The position numbers and the translations under genes were made by a program. A stretch of 64,000 bases of DNA. Origin: a virus (taxonomy: Duplodnaviria; Caudoviricetes). The stretch covers positions 32,001 to 96,000 of IMG/VR virus record IMGVR_UViG_3300044266_000210; one strand, 5' to 3'. Under the pieces are notes generated by a model. It was not told the origin of the DNA, did not search any database, and saw nothing but the letters and a program-made list of their open reading frames with translations. Positions within the stretch are counted from its first letter, which is position 1. Each line of letters starts with the position of its first letter. Below are positions 45,170 to 55,764 of the stretch, in pieces.

Positions 45170-47155
45170 TTATCCGATAGGTTGTGTGTTAAACGCTATG
45201 TATGCTGTTCCTGAATTATCTAGACTATTTTGTACCACTAATCTATCGATAAAAAAGTCTAAATTATCAAAATTGAACTTAGATGCCTTAATTCTGCTTA
45301 CAATTTTATGGGATTCTCCGGGTAGCGTATAGCATAAAACCGCTGCCTTAAAGTAACCATAGGGCTGATTCGAGTCAACAGTTGTCATAAATTTAGGTAA
45401 ATGATGTCCGTCAACAGAAATATTTGTGTTATCTGTTAGAGTTACAGATTCGAGACTGTTTCTTATATTATCTATACTACCGGGATAATAGGTGGTACCG
45501 TTTATTGAGATGCTAGATTTTGATCCATCAAGAGAATCTACAATGTCAACGTAGACTGCATCATAGATATGATTTCCTTTGCTGTCCTTTGCTATAGCCG
45601 ATTTAACAGATCCAAAAGTTAGTCTTCTTAGATATAGATTTTGGTAAAGTGACTGTGCATAATCACTAATATTAATTTTTTCTATTCCAAATTCTAAAAA
45701 TACTCTAAGATCTTTCTGTATTCCAAATGACGGATCGTCGCCTCTGTAGATTGTATCTGGTAAAAATATACTGTCATTGTTAATGAAACTTTCCCAGAAA
45801 TTTCTCTGTGTTGGTGTAAGGAAGGGTTTAATCCAGATGCTGGTATAGTCTTTACTAACAGGCTTAACAGTTAAATTAAATGTGTTAAAAGACACAGGAT
45901 GAGATAATACTGGCCATATTAGTTGAGATTCGACTCCGACATAACTAGCAGTACTGGCAGCAATTGTAAAGGAAAAATTTCCGCTGGTTGTTGCATTTCC
46001 GATCAGATGTCCTGTGCTGGTAGATAGATGTAATCCTTCTGGCAAATTTGCATCTGGCACTACAAAATAGTTTAATGGATATGTGTCATCATACTGCTTG
46101 GCAGTAACAGATAATTCACTGGGTAGACCTTCGGTAAGCACTCCTAGAGAAGACAATGGCCATTTTACATTATTATACCATTGATTAACCACAGTTAGAT
46201 AAAAAGTTCCAGTTTGCGATACAGTATTCTTTAAGGAAATATCTGTCTTAGTTGCCTTAACTCTAAAATTATATCTATGAGAATAATCTGCCTGTGGACT
46301 TAGTTGTCCGTAGAGATAACCAAGTGTAGGATCTAGGGATAATCCTGCTGGGGGTGTGTCTAATAGTGTGTAGACAACTGGACCTTTTCCGGGATTAGGA
46401 TCAAATGCACTGACATTTATATATTGTTTTTCGTTGGCTAGTGCTATACCTAAATCGGGGCTTCTAATAAATTCCGGCGCCTGTAGAGACGAGTATGAAA
46501 CTGTTCCTGTGTTGCCTAGATCAATAATACCTACAGTCTGATCGCCTAAAATAAAATTTGTGTTATCAACTGTAAAACTAACACTATCAATAATATCAAA
46601 AATAAATGTCTGACGGTGATCTTTTACCCCGTCAGTGGCTACAATATCAACTCTATATGCTTCCGCTTGGTTTGGAGACAAAATAAGGTTTGGCATTCCA
46701 TATATTTTTCCTTCTTTTGTCATAGAAAGACCGAATGGTAATCGACCTGTTGTTTTGTCTACATAGTAGGTAACAGGATGGTCAACATTAGCATTTAAAT
46801 TAATTTCAATGTAATCTTTATTAATTAATAATTTTTTAAGAACGGATCCGCTTAGAGAAAATCCATCTGCGCCCCAAAGAGGTACATCTGGTTTTATAAC
46901 TTCTATGTGAAAAGTTCTATCTCTTAGAGATGCTGTATTTGCTGCTCGTACAACAAATGTTGATGTAGTACTGTTTTCGACGTAGTCAATAGTTCCATAG
47001 ATGGTTCCCGTTGACGAAAAGTCAAGACCATCGGGCAGTTTGCCACTAATGATACTGTATAAAGAAGCATCCTCTGCAACAACGGTCGTAGATGTACTCA
47101 ACCCAATTGTGGTTGTGAATAGTAAACCCGTGGGTGTTGTCCATCTTAAAGCCAT
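45170..47155 (-). CDS. Baseplate/virion protein with Ig-like (He_PIG-type) repeats
   Basis: Repeated LPxGL...G.I.G units. Confidence 0.7.
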   Translation of the reverse strand: MALRWTTPTGLLFTTTIGLSTSTTVVAEDASLYSIISGKLPDGLDFSSTGTIYGTIDYVENSTTSTFVVRAANTASLRDRTFHIEVIKPDVPLWGADGFSLSGSVLKKLLINKDYIEINLNANVDHPVTYYVDKTTGRLPFGLSMTKEGKIYGMPNLILSPNQAEAYRVDIVATDGVKDHRQTFIFDIIDSVSFTVDNTNFILGDQTVGIIDLGNTGTVSYSSLQAPEFIRSPDLGIALANEKQYINVSAFDPNPGKGPVVYTLLDTPPAGLSLDPTLGYLYGQLSPQADYSHRYNFRVKATKTDISLKNTVSQTGTFYLTVVNQWYNNVKWPLSSLGVLTEGLPSELSVTAKQYDDTYPLNYFVVPDANLPEGLHLSTSTGHLIGNATTSGNFSFTIAASTASYVGVESQLIWPVLSHPVSFNTFNLTVKPVSKDYTSIWIKPFLTPTQRNFWESFINNDSIFLPDTIYRGDDPSFGIQKDLRVFLEFGIEKINISDYAQSLYQNLYLRRLTFGSVKSAIAKDSKGNHIYDAVYVDIVDSLDGSKSSISINGTTYYPGSIDNIRNSLESVTLTDNTNISVDGHHLPKFMTTVDSNQPYGYFKAAVLCYTLPGESHKIVSRIKASKFNFDNLDFFIDRLVVQNSLDNSGTAYIAFNTQPIG

Positions 47156-47169
47156 AGTATACTATTTAA

Positions 47170-47424
47170 TCAACCGCCAGAAGGTTGAGCACCGACACCG
47201 TCGCCGGGAATTCCTGCCTGTACATCGTATCCGGCGTTATTCAATTCTGTTAGTACGATGTTATAAAGTTCTGAATTTAGCGTTTGATAAATTCCAGGAA
47301 CATCGATGTGAAGGTGATCTAGCACCTTGGTAATAGAGCCAGTTTTTTCTACAATATGTAGACTTACCCGAGTTGTTTGGTTTGGAAACTCAACCGCCAC
47401 TGTAAAAATATTAATTGTTCTCAT
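47170..47424 (-). CDS. Hypothetical tail-region protein
   Basis: 84 aa. Confidence 0.6.
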   Translation of the reverse strand: MRTINIFTVAVEFPNQTTRVSLHIVEKTGSITKVLDHLHIDVPGIYQTLNSELYNIVLTELNNAGYDVQAGIPGDGVGAQPSGG

Positions 47425-47945
47425 ATAAATCTTCCATAATAAAGTGTGTAAGCATAGGTTAATCCCATGTTACCGTTAGTATTTGTGCTATCTGTGGGCC
47501 ATAGTCCGCCTGGCACAACATTGTTTGTGTTATCAGCATATTGCCATTCTTCTCTAAATCCTATGCCACCTGCGTACATCATTGGAGTCACAATATACGA
47601 CCCTCGTAGAGAGTTGTTATTGATATAGAATCTTAAAAGAATAGATCCTGTTAAAAATACAGGACTATTTATTTGTAAGTCTGTTCTAGTAGGATTACCT
47701 GTTATTTTAAACCAAGCCCAAACAAAAGAATTGGCAGACTGATAATAGCTTTTTGAATCTACAATATTATCAGTTACAGTGTTAACATATACACCACCGT
47801 TGGCAGTTATAGCGGCATTTGTGCTGTTAAACGATCCAGAAACGCTACTCAGGATGTGAGGCATCCTGTAAGAGGTGTCAAAAATAGTTTGACTGCCGTT
47901 ACTTATTTTTATAGAGTTTGCACTGGCGTTAAATCTATCTACCAT
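47421..47945 (-). CDS. Hypothetical tail-associated protein
   Basis: Beta-rich; shares an IFxTxY segment with the next gene. Confidence 0.65.
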   Translation of the reverse strand: MVDRFNASANSIKISNGSQTIFDTSYRMPHILSSVSGSFNSTNAAITANGGVYVNTVTDNIVDSKSYYQSANSFVWAWFKITGNPTRTDLQINSPVFLTGSILLRFYINNNSLRGSYIVTPMMYAGGIGFREEWQYADNTNNVVPGGLWPTDSTNTNGNMGLTYAYTLYYGRFI

Positions 47946-47947
47946 GA

Positions 47948-48292
47948 TTAAACTGAACTTGCTGGGTTCTCCGTGTTGGATTGTAAGTAGTCAACAAAGC
48001 TATCGCTGGTGATACTTGGATTTAATGCCCGCATAGGCATAATATAGGTATCAAAGGTAACAGGAACTCCTGCTACGTAATATAGGTTATGTATAATTAT
48101 CTGTTGCCCGTTGAGTTGCCACGTTAGGTTACCGCCTGAGCTACGCATGGTAGGTGATACAGGCCATATAATTGTTCCTGCAGGGTCGTAGGTTAGATAG
48201 TTGTAGTCTGTACTAAAAATTGTACTACCATCCGCGGCACGAGTGATAGTTACCGCAGATGGTGTAATGTTAATTGAGTATGTATCTGGCAT
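47948..48292 (-). CDS. Hypothetical tail-associated protein
   Basis: 114 aa. Confidence 0.65.
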   Translation of the reverse strand: MPDTYSINITPSAVTITRAADGSTIFSTDYNYLTYDPAGTIIWPVSPTMRSSGGNLTWQLNGQQIIIHNLYYVAGVPVTFDTYIMPMRALNPSITSDSFVDYLQSNTENPASSV

Positions 48293-48298
48293 AATTTA

Positions 48299-49351
48299 TT
48301 AAGGTGCAATGTAAAAACTTACCACCCCTCCCCATTGATCTCCAAAAGTTTGTCCTGTGACTGTATTGGTAAACCTTACAGCATATCTTGGAGTATAATA
48401 TACATATTTGTTTTTACCAATAGCATCTGTTTTTGCTATATCTGTGACCTGCACGCTCATTGTCCATGTTGTTTGTTGAGTTGGATAGGTATAAGTCTGA
48501 CCGGCTGCATATGATGTACCATATGGGTCGTAAGGAGTTACAGCTTGGTTATTGATATATATTATTTTATAAGGATTTCCGTAAGAAGTAGGAGCACCTC
48601 CGCCAAATCTATATACCTCAACTTTGTCAAAAGTTTGCCCTTGCTGTGCTGTAAATGTAACTGTATTATTTGAAGCTCTTCCCCGTGCTGGTGCCGCATA
48701 AGCACTTACGTCATTAAAGGTTGTTGGACTATGTAGAATGGCCAACGCACTTGATGCATTAATGCTGGTAGGGTTATTATAGAAATATGCTGTACAGTTT
48801 AAAGTTGTAGCAGGAAGGCTATTTTGATATACCTGATATCTTTCTCTTAATATCAAGTATTGGTCAGTAGAATATACTACTCCTAGCCTAAAGCTGTTGT
48901 TACTTTGATACTGTAGAGGAACACTGCCTGCAATAGGAGCACCGTTACCTAATAATGTTCCTCCTGTACTAGATGCACTATTCAGATACATGCTAAATGC
49001 CGGAGGTGGACTTCCGTAACTATGTTGGTAAATGACCCAGTCGGCGTATCCGTTATAGCTGGTTAGTTTACTACCGCCCTTTTTTCCTCCCCCGCTGGCT
49101 CTTGTATTTCTATCTGGCAGGTTAACAGTGAAATTAACCGCAGACCTAACACGCATATAGTCGAAGCTAGAATGGAAGAATATCTTATCTAGATTCCCTA
49201 AAGGGTTTGAAAGTATTGTTGCATCTCCCCCTCCAAAAATTGATATAGTAGGAGACCCACCGTAGTTGCCTATGTATAAACTTTTAGAAGTAGTTGCCGT
49301 TGAATTGTTCGCCAGCGTAGTTGCATCAATATTGAGTAAATTACTGGCCAT
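48299..49351 (-). CDS. Hypothetical tail-associated protein
   Basis: 350 aa, S/T/N/Y-rich beta protein. Confidence 0.7.
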   Translation of the reverse strand: MASNLLNIDATTLANNSTATTSKSLYIGNYGGSPTISIFGGGDATILSNPLGNLDKIFFHSSFDYMRVRSAVNFTVNLPDRNTRASGGGKKGGSKLTSYNGYADWVIYQHSYGSPPPAFSMYLNSASSTGGTLLGNGAPIAGSVPLQYQSNNSFRLGVVYSTDQYLILRERYQVYQNSLPATTLNCTAYFYNNPTSINASSALAILHSPTTFNDVSAYAAPARGRASNNTVTFTAQQGQTFDKVEVYRFGGGAPTSYGNPYKIIYINNQAVTPYDPYGTSYAAGQTYTYPTQQTTWTMSVQVTDIAKTDAIGKNKYVYYTPRYAVRFTNTVTGQTFGDQWGGVVSFYIAP

Positions 49352-49979
49352 ATCTTAGAACACCTACTAAATTTATTTTATATGCTCCGTCATATGGTTC
49401 TATACAGCTGATTCTTCCTAGCATATGGTGTAGCATCATTCCGTCACCCATATAGATGGCACTATGACTAGGTGCTCCTGTGTCAAATCTAAATAGAAGG
49501 ACATCGTCCTTTTTAATGTAATCCCGTGTTTCAAAAAATCCATAATTAGAAAAATTATCTGTGTACAGGTCCCTGCCCATAAACCACCAACCGAATGATC
49601 TGTCAATGTTTGATGGAAGATAGACATTATAATTATCTCTGAAATAATCTCGTATCAGAGTAAAGCAGTCTGTTAACCCATAGATATAAATTCTATCTTC
49701 ATACCCAATTTTTTCTAGGTATCTATCCGGTAAAAAACTTTTACTATTGTTTGGATTGTCTGCAGAGATAGCTGTATATACATAGTTATTTGCGTTCATC
49801 TCTTCGCGAATATCATCTGGTACAGACATGTCAGTTACATTGGTCTGCATAATAGCAACTGTTTTATCTACTGCCGTAGGAGAAAACGCAAGTTTTCCTT
49901 GATAGTTGTACAGATAGCCTCGATTACCTGCTGCCGTGCAAGCATCGGTTATAATAGTAGGGATTTCGATTCCGAACAT
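49341..49979 (-). CDS. NlpC/P60 tail-tip assembly protein (lambda gpK-like)
   Basis: YGLTDCFTLIRDYF, HSAIYMGDGMMLHH. Confidence 0.85.
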   Translation of the reverse strand: MFGIEIPTIITDACTAAGNRGYLYNYQGKLAFSPTAVDKTVAIMQTNVTDMSVPDDIREEMNANNYVYTAISADNPNNSKSFLPDRYLEKIGYEDRIYIYGLTDCFTLIRDYFRDNYNVYLPSNIDRSFGWWFMGRDLYTDNFSNYGFFETRDYIKKDDVLLFRFDTGAPSHSAIYMGDGMMLHHMLGRISCIEPYDGAYKINLVGVLRYGQ

Positions 49980-49991
49980 TTTATTCCTTTT

Positions 49992-52900
49992 TTATATAGT
50001 TATCTGTATAAATTTGTTGGCAAAGTCAATCACGAATTTACCGTCTGTAGATTGAATCTTAACCCCTACACTGATTGTACCTGCTAGAATACTACCAGCA
50101 GCCACGGTTCCGATTTGAGCACTGCCAATGGCCGCACTAGCAATATATGTACTTGCGTTTGCAGAAGTGATACCGTCAATTAACCCCATTGCTTTACCAC
50201 CAACACCTGCATAGGTAACTTGACCGCCACCTGCACCACTCAGAGCACCGTTGCTTCCGATGCTGATAGCCATGTTAGAAACAGTGCTTCCTGCGCCAGT
50301 TCCAATACCCTGTAGTCTTCCGTTTACATCGACATTGATTGTTGAATTCAATACAGAACTAGGTGCGTTACTAGCGTCAGTTTTAATAGCACCAACACCT
50401 ACGGCTGTAACCTGCCCGCCACCACCACCGCTCAATGTTCCATCACTACTAATGCTAATACCTCCGTTAGCAACTGCGGTACCGTTACCTGTACCAATAC
50501 CACTAATTGCATTTCCACTAATTGTAATTTGAGTGTTTTGAATTGCTTCGGTTCCAGCTAGAGAACTTAGGTTAGCAGGTCTACTACCTATGTTTGTACC
50601 CCATGTAGCACCGTAGGTAGCATTGGTATCTCCAGTAAATCCAACACCTGATAATGTAACCTGGCCACCTCCACCTCCGCTTAATGCACCGTTACTTGCA
50701 ATGCTAATATTACCGTTAGCTACCGCTGTGTTAGTTCCAGTTGCTACACCCTGGATCTTACCAGTACCGTCGACCCAAGATCTGTTAGCACCTAGATCTC
50801 CTGTATATCCTAGACCACCGATTGTAACACTACCACCGCCTGCACCACTTAGAGCACCGTTTGATCCGATGCTAATGCTACTATTCAACACACTAGAAGG
50901 TGCATTAGTTGCATCTGTTTTAATAGCGCCAATACCTACAGGAGTAACTGTACCGCCACCTGCACCGCTAAGGACACCTCCTGCACTAATACTGATACTG
51001 CTGTTAAGGATGCTAGAAGGTGCATTAGATAAGCTAGTTGCAATAGCACCAATACCGGATGGAGTAACGTTGCTGTTCAACCAACCTGGGTCGGCACTAA
51101 TATTTGAGTAGTTTAGCGCGGTGCCTGCGGCAAAGATAACATTACCTGCGGCGTCTTTAATACTTAGGCCTCTACTATCGATCTGAGTAGGTGTAACACT
51201 ATTTGGAGCAATTAAGCTACCAGTAATAACCACATTGGCCATTGTTACAGTATTGCCGTTTACAACGAACGGAGTATAGGCACCACCATTGGTGTACAAC
51301 TTAAAGCTATCGGCCATTACAGTAAATGTACTGGTACCACCACTGCTGTTTAACTTGTATCCGCTGATAGCACCGTTTGTATTAACAGTTAGGCTATAGG
51401 TAGCGGTTAGTCCGTTAATAGTGCTGGCCTGTGTTTGTACACTAGCGTTCAATCCATTGTAACTACTCTGTAGTGTGTTGATACTGGTCGCTAAACTTCC
51501 AGTACTGTTACTTACGGCTGTATCAACATAGCTGATGTTAGCCTTGCTGCCTATTGCAGAGTATGCATTAGTTAAGCTGTTGTTGATATTTCCAATAGCA
51601 TTGTTCTGGTTAGTTAGGCTGCTAGCCACATTGGTGTAACTTGTTTCTAAACTACTAGTTCTAGTTGCTAAACTTGCTGTACTATTACTGATAGCAGTTT
51701 GAAGGTTGCTAATGGCTGCATTGTTAGAAATATTAATCCAGCTACCAGCATTGGTTAAGCTGTTGTTGATATTTCCAATAGTATTGTTCTGGTTAGTTAA
51801 ACTATTAGCAACATTGGTATAGCTAGTCTGTAGACCACTTACGCTAGTAGCTAAACTACCTGTACTATTACTGATAGCGGTATTCATTGCTGTAATGGTT
51901 GCATAGTTACTTGCAACATTATTCACAATGTTAGTTAAACTATTGTTAATGTTAGTTAAACTACTATTAATACCTGTAATTTGTCCCTGCTGAGCACTGT
52001 AATTTGTCTGTAGAGTATTAACACTACTTGCTAGAGAACCGGTACTTGCGCTGATACTGTTCTGAAGATTTGTAATAGCCGCGTTACTATTAATATTAAT
52101 CCAACTACCGGCATTGGTCAAGCTGTTGTTAATATTACCTAGTGTGTTGTTTTGGTTAGTTAGACTGTTAGCAACATTGGTCAGTGTGCTATTGATATTG
52201 TTAATAGCAGTTTGCTGACTCGAGTAATTTGTCTGTAGCGTACCAACTGTACTGGCCAAGCTACCTGTGCTATTACTGATAGCATTTTGTGTAAAGGAAA
52301 TTGTAGCAAAGCTGGTATTAAACACAGTTAACGAATTTAACACATTGGTCATTGAGTTGTTAAGTTGATTGATCTGTGTTTGTTGTGTCGAATAGTTTGT
52401 CTGTAGGCCACTTACACTACTTGCCAAACTGGCTGTGCTGTTACTGATAGCAGTCTGTAGGCTAGTAATACTAGCGTTATTGCTCAAGTTGGCCCAGTTA
52501 CCTACATTGGTTACACTATTGTTGATATTGGTTAGGCTATTATTAATACCTGTAATCTGACCTTGTTGACTGCTGTAGTTTGTCTGTAGAGTACTGACAC
52601 TACTTGCCAAACTTCCGGTACTTGCACTAATACTATTTTGTAGATTTGTAATGGCCGCATTACTACTTAGGTTAGCCCAATTACCCACATTGGTTAAGCT
52701 ATTATTAATGTTGGTTAATGTATTAAGAACATTGGTTAACGACCCTTGTAGACCTGTAATAGTTCCTTGCTGAGTACTGTAGTTTGTCTGTAGGCCACTT
52801 ACACTACTTGCCAAACTGGCTGTGCTGTTACTGATAGCAGTCTGTAGGTTTGTAATAGCCGCATTGTTGGTTAGGTTAACCCAGTTGGCCACATTGGTTA

Positions 52901-55352
52901 GACTGCTGTTGACATTTGATAATGTACTGTTAATACCATTAATCTGTGTCTGCTGATTAGTATAGTTTGTTTGTAGACCTGCAACACTAGTTGCTAGCGA
53001 TCCTGTGCTGTTTGTTATAGCGGTCTTGAGATCTGTAATAGCCGCATTACTACTTAGATTGACCCATGTAGCCACATTGGTCAAACTGTTATTCAATGTA
53101 CCTAGAGTATTGTTCTGATTGGTTAAACTATTAGCAACATTGGTTAGCGTGTTATTGATGTTGTTGATAGTTGCCTGTTGACTACTATAATTTGTTTGTA
53201 GACTGTTAACCTGCGTAGCAATGCTGGCTGTAGAATTACTGATAGCACTTTGTAGGCTGGTAATACTAGCGTTGTTACTTAGGTTAGCCCATGAGCCTAC
53301 ATTGGTTAAACTATTATTGATGCCAAGTATGGCCAAGTTATTTTGTAGGTTAGCCCACGAACCTGCATTGGTTAAGCTATTATTAATTGAAGTGACACTT
53401 GGATTGCTTGCTAGGTTAGCCCAGTATCCAACATTAGTCAAACTGCTGAATGCATTGGTTAGACTATTGTTAATGTTGGTTAGTGTGTTTTCAATACTGG
53501 TATAGTTTGTCTGTAGTGTACCTACAGTCGTTGCCAAACTTTGTGTACTGTTTGCTACGGCCTGTTGAACATAATCAACAGTTGCTCCTGTGCCTGTTGA
53601 TAGTGTATTGAATTGTGCCTTCAAGCTGTCAATGGCGCTAATAACATTGGTGAAGCTGTTACTGATTGCAACAACCTGATTTGTATAGGTAGCAACAGTT
53701 GTTACACTATTGGCAAGATCAACGAAGTTAGTTGCTAGTGTGTTTACTGCACTGGCTAAACTTCCTGTGCTGTTACTGATAGCATTTTGTGTATAAGAAA
53801 TTGTAGCATAGGTTGTAACAAGGGTAGTTAGAGTATTGTTAATACCATCAATCTGTCCCTGTTGCACACTGAAATTGGTCTGTAATCCATTTATACTACT
53901 TGCCAGGCTTGCTGTACTGTTACTGATAGCATTTTGCAGACTGGTTATAGAACTGTTACCACTTAGGTTGACCCATGTAGCCACATTGGTTAGACTACCT
54001 GTTAGTCCGGTTAGGCTATTATTAATACCTGTAATCTGACCTTGCTGACTAGAGAAGTTTGTCTGAAGACTATTAACTTGAGAAGCGATACTGGCGGTGC
54101 TGTTACTGATACTATTTTGCAAATTAGTAATAGCCGCATTACTAGCAATATTAATCCAACTGCCGGCGTTGGTTAGACTGCTGTTTATTCCTAAGATAGC
54201 AGGGTTACTGTGAATATCTACCCATCCGCTAACGTTGGTTAGACTATTGTTTATGGTATTGAAATTAGTTTCTAGACCGCTGACCTTTAGGGCAATACTT
54301 GCGGTGGCATTGCTGATAGCACTACTAACATCTGTAATATTAGCTTTAGAATTTACTGCCGATGTTAGATTTGTTAGGCTACCTTGTAAACTGGTAAATT
54401 GTGTATCAAGACCTGCAACGTGTGTAGCAATACTGGCAGTGGCATTGCTGATAGCAAATTGAACATCCGTGATATTTGCCTTGGCGTTGATTACAGAATT
54501 AAGCTGTGTAAGTGTACCTTGTAGTTGAGTAAACTGAGTGTCTAATCCAGAAACTTTTAATGCCAGACTGGAAGTACTGTTGCTAATTGCAAGCTGAACA
54601 TCAGTAATATTTGCCTTGGAATTTACAACAGAAATTAATCCGGTTAAACTGCCTTGAATCTTTGTAAAGTTTGTATCTAGTCCCGATACTCTGGTTGCCA
54701 AACTTGCTGTACTGTTACTAACTGCAAATTGTACATCGGATATACTGGCCTTACTGTCAACAACAGAAATTAAGCCGGTTAAACTGTTATTAATATTTGT
54801 ATACCCAGTTTGTAGCCCAGAAACACTCAGTGCTAAACTTTGTGTACTATCATGAACAACCTGTTGTAACTGTAGAATACTGGCTTTGCTTGAAACAGTA
54901 TTCTGTAAACTGGTTAAAGAGTTTGTTAAATTTGTATAGCCAGAATTTATTGTGTTAAATTGGCTTTGAAAACTTGCGGTGCTATTTGTTACTAACCCAA
55001 CAACTTGTTGTAATTGCTGAGGTGTTAATGTTGTGTTTGTGCTAACACTGGTTCCTGTGATACCTAGACCGGAAAGGAAAGAACTAAAAGTAGACGAATT
55101 TTCTGCTAGAATACCTAAAAGAGTATCATATCCAATGGATCCTGCGGTGATTCCAAGGTTACCTAGTAAACTTGAAAAGCTCGCAGTATTCTCTGCCAAT
55201 ATTGCAGCCAGTGAGTCATAGCTTAATCCTGTGGGATTAACTGTTCCGTATATCTCTGAAAAGTTATTGTTGACCTTCTCGAACGCCGATAATATGCTAT
55301 CGCCTGTTCCGCTATTTGGTCCTTGGCCAAGATTAATTAACTGTAAACTCAT
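49992..55352 (-). CDS. Long repetitive tail fiber with gpJ/DUF1983-like segment
   Basis: N-terminal INLG..PN.GTGD anchor motif, N/S/T-rich coiled-coil repeats, VNTNGAISG...FTVMADSF, Gly-rich C-terminal repeats. Confidence 0.85.
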   Translation of the reverse strand: MSLQLINLGQGPNSGTGDSILSAFEKVNNNFSEIYGTVNPTGLSYDSLAAILAENTASFSSLLGNLGITAGSIGYDTLLGILAENSSTFSSFLSGLGITGTSVSTNTTLTPQQLQQVVGLVTNSTASFQSQFNTINSGYTNLTNSLTSLQNTVSSKASILQLQQVVHDSTQSLALSVSGLQTGYTNINNSLTGLISVVDSKASISDVQFAVSNSTASLATRVSGLDTNFTKIQGSLTGLISVVNSKANITDVQLAISNSTSSLALKVSGLDTQFTQLQGTLTQLNSVINAKANITDVQFAISNATASIATHVAGLDTQFTSLQGSLTNLTSAVNSKANITDVSSAISNATASIALKVSGLETNFNTINNSLTNVSGWVDIHSNPAILGINSSLTNAGSWINIASNAAITNLQNSISNSTASIASQVNSLQTNFSSQQGQITGINNSLTGLTGSLTNVATWVNLSGNSSITSLQNAISNSTASLASSINGLQTNFSVQQGQIDGINNTLTTLVTTYATISYTQNAISNSTGSLASAVNTLATNFVDLANSVTTVATYTNQVVAISNSFTNVISAIDSLKAQFNTLSTGTGATVDYVQQAVANSTQSLATTVGTLQTNYTSIENTLTNINNSLTNAFSSLTNVGYWANLASNPSVTSINNSLTNAGSWANLQNNLAILGINNSLTNVGSWANLSNNASITSLQSAISNSTASIATQVNSLQTNYSSQQATINNINNTLTNVANSLTNQNNTLGTLNNSLTNVATWVNLSSNAAITDLKTAITNSTGSLATSVAGLQTNYTNQQTQINGINSTLSNVNSSLTNVANWVNLTNNAAITNLQTAISNSTASLASSVSGLQTNYSTQQGTITGLQGSLTNVLNTLTNINNSLTNVGNWANLSSNAAITNLQNSISASTGSLASSVSTLQTNYSSQQGQITGINNSLTNINNSVTNVGNWANLSNNASITSLQTAISNSTASLASSVSGLQTNYSTQQTQINQLNNSMTNVLNSLTVFNTSFATISFTQNAISNSTGSLASTVGTLQTNYSSQQTAINNINSTLTNVANSLTNQNNTLGNINNSLTNAGSWININSNAAITNLQNSISASTGSLASSVNTLQTNYSAQQGQITGINSSLTNINNSLTNIVNNVASNYATITAMNTAISNSTGSLATSVSGLQTSYTNVANSLTNQNNTIGNINNSLTNAGSWINISNNAAISNLQTAISNSTASLATRTSSLETSYTNVASSLTNQNNAIGNINNSLTNAYSAIGSKANISYVDTAVSNSTGSLATSINTLQSSYNGLNASVQTQASTINGLTATYSLTVNTNGAISGYKLNSSGGTSTFTVMADSFKLYTNGGAYTPFVVNGNTVTMANVVITGSLIAPNSVTPTQIDSRGLSIKDAAGNVIFAAGTALNYSNISADPGWLNSNVTPSGIGAIATSLSNAPSSILNSSISISAGGVLSGAGGGTVTPVGIGAIKTDATNAPSSVLNSSISIGSNGALSGAGGGSVTIGGLGYTGDLGANRSWVDGTGKIQGVATGTNTAVANGNISIASNGALSGGGGGQVTLSGVGFTGDTNATYGATWGTNIGSRPANLSSLAGTEAIQNTQITISGNAISGIGTGNGTAVANGGISISSDGTLSGGGGGQVTAVGVGAIKTDASNAPSSVLNSTINVDVNGRLQGIGTGAGSTVSNMAISIGSNGALSGAGGGQVTYAGVGGKAMGLIDGITSANASTYIASAAIGSAQIGTVAAGSILAGTISVGVKIQSTDGKFVIDFANKFIQITI
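50200..54900 (-). repeat. Intragenic degenerate tandem repeats of the fiber gene
   Basis: Recurring AISNSTASLAxxVxxLQTNY and NNSLTNVxxWxNL units; C-terminal ISIxSNGALSGxGGGxVT units. Confidence 0.85.
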
Positions 55353-55365
55353 TGATTTTCCTCAA

Positions 55366-55404
55366 TAAAACCGCTTTTTGTTATTTACCAAAAACACGGT
55401 TTTA
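55366..55404 (-). promoter_or_regulatory. Hairpin with a late-type TAAATA in its loop, upstream of the fiber gene
   Basis: TAAAACCG-TG-TTTTTG-GTAAATAA-CAAAAA-G-CGGTTTTA followed by GAGG. Confidence 0.6.
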
Positions 55405-55409
55405 CCAAA

Positions 55410-55634
55410 TCAGTGAATTGTTTTATTGTGCAATTCGTGTATGTCGTCGATCCCGAACAGCTCAAGAATCATTTGAACTTCGTCGGGCATGTTGTCCATG
55501 AAATGTTGTGGAATAGAAAAAGATTTTAATCTACCATCTGAGCCGAGCGTGAAAGTAAAATCATCGGCTGCGTCTTCGTTAGTTTCTTCGTACTCGTCGA
55601 TGAGTACGTCTGTGGATTGTATGCTATTGGGCAT
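55410..55634 (-). CDS. Acidic hypothetical protein
   Basis: GGAG RBS; TATAAATA near 55715-55722. Confidence 0.65.
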   Translation of the reverse strand: MPNSIQSTDVLIDEYEETNEDAADDFTFTLGSDGRLKSFSIPQHFMDNMPDEVQMILELFGIDDIHELHNKTIH

Positions 55635-55764
55635 TATAGAACTCCAAAAAGATTATTTGGTAGATAACTACCTAGTTAATATGGTTGTGTTGCCCTCCAC
55701 TTTTTGTACACAGGTATTTATAGCCTGTTAAATATATTCACATTTTATGTAAAGGAATCCATAT

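Noticed and set aside
49992-55352. Diversity-generating retroelement or ice-nucleation repeats in the fiber
   Set aside because: No reverse transcriptase or adenine-specific TR/VR pair was seen; the repeats do not match the AGYGST octapeptide.
55635-55764. Possible sRNA or tRNA in the divergent intergenic gap
   Set aside because: Only a 5-bp GGTAG/CTACC hairpin and back-to-back TAAATA motifs; no cloverleaf or T-loop.
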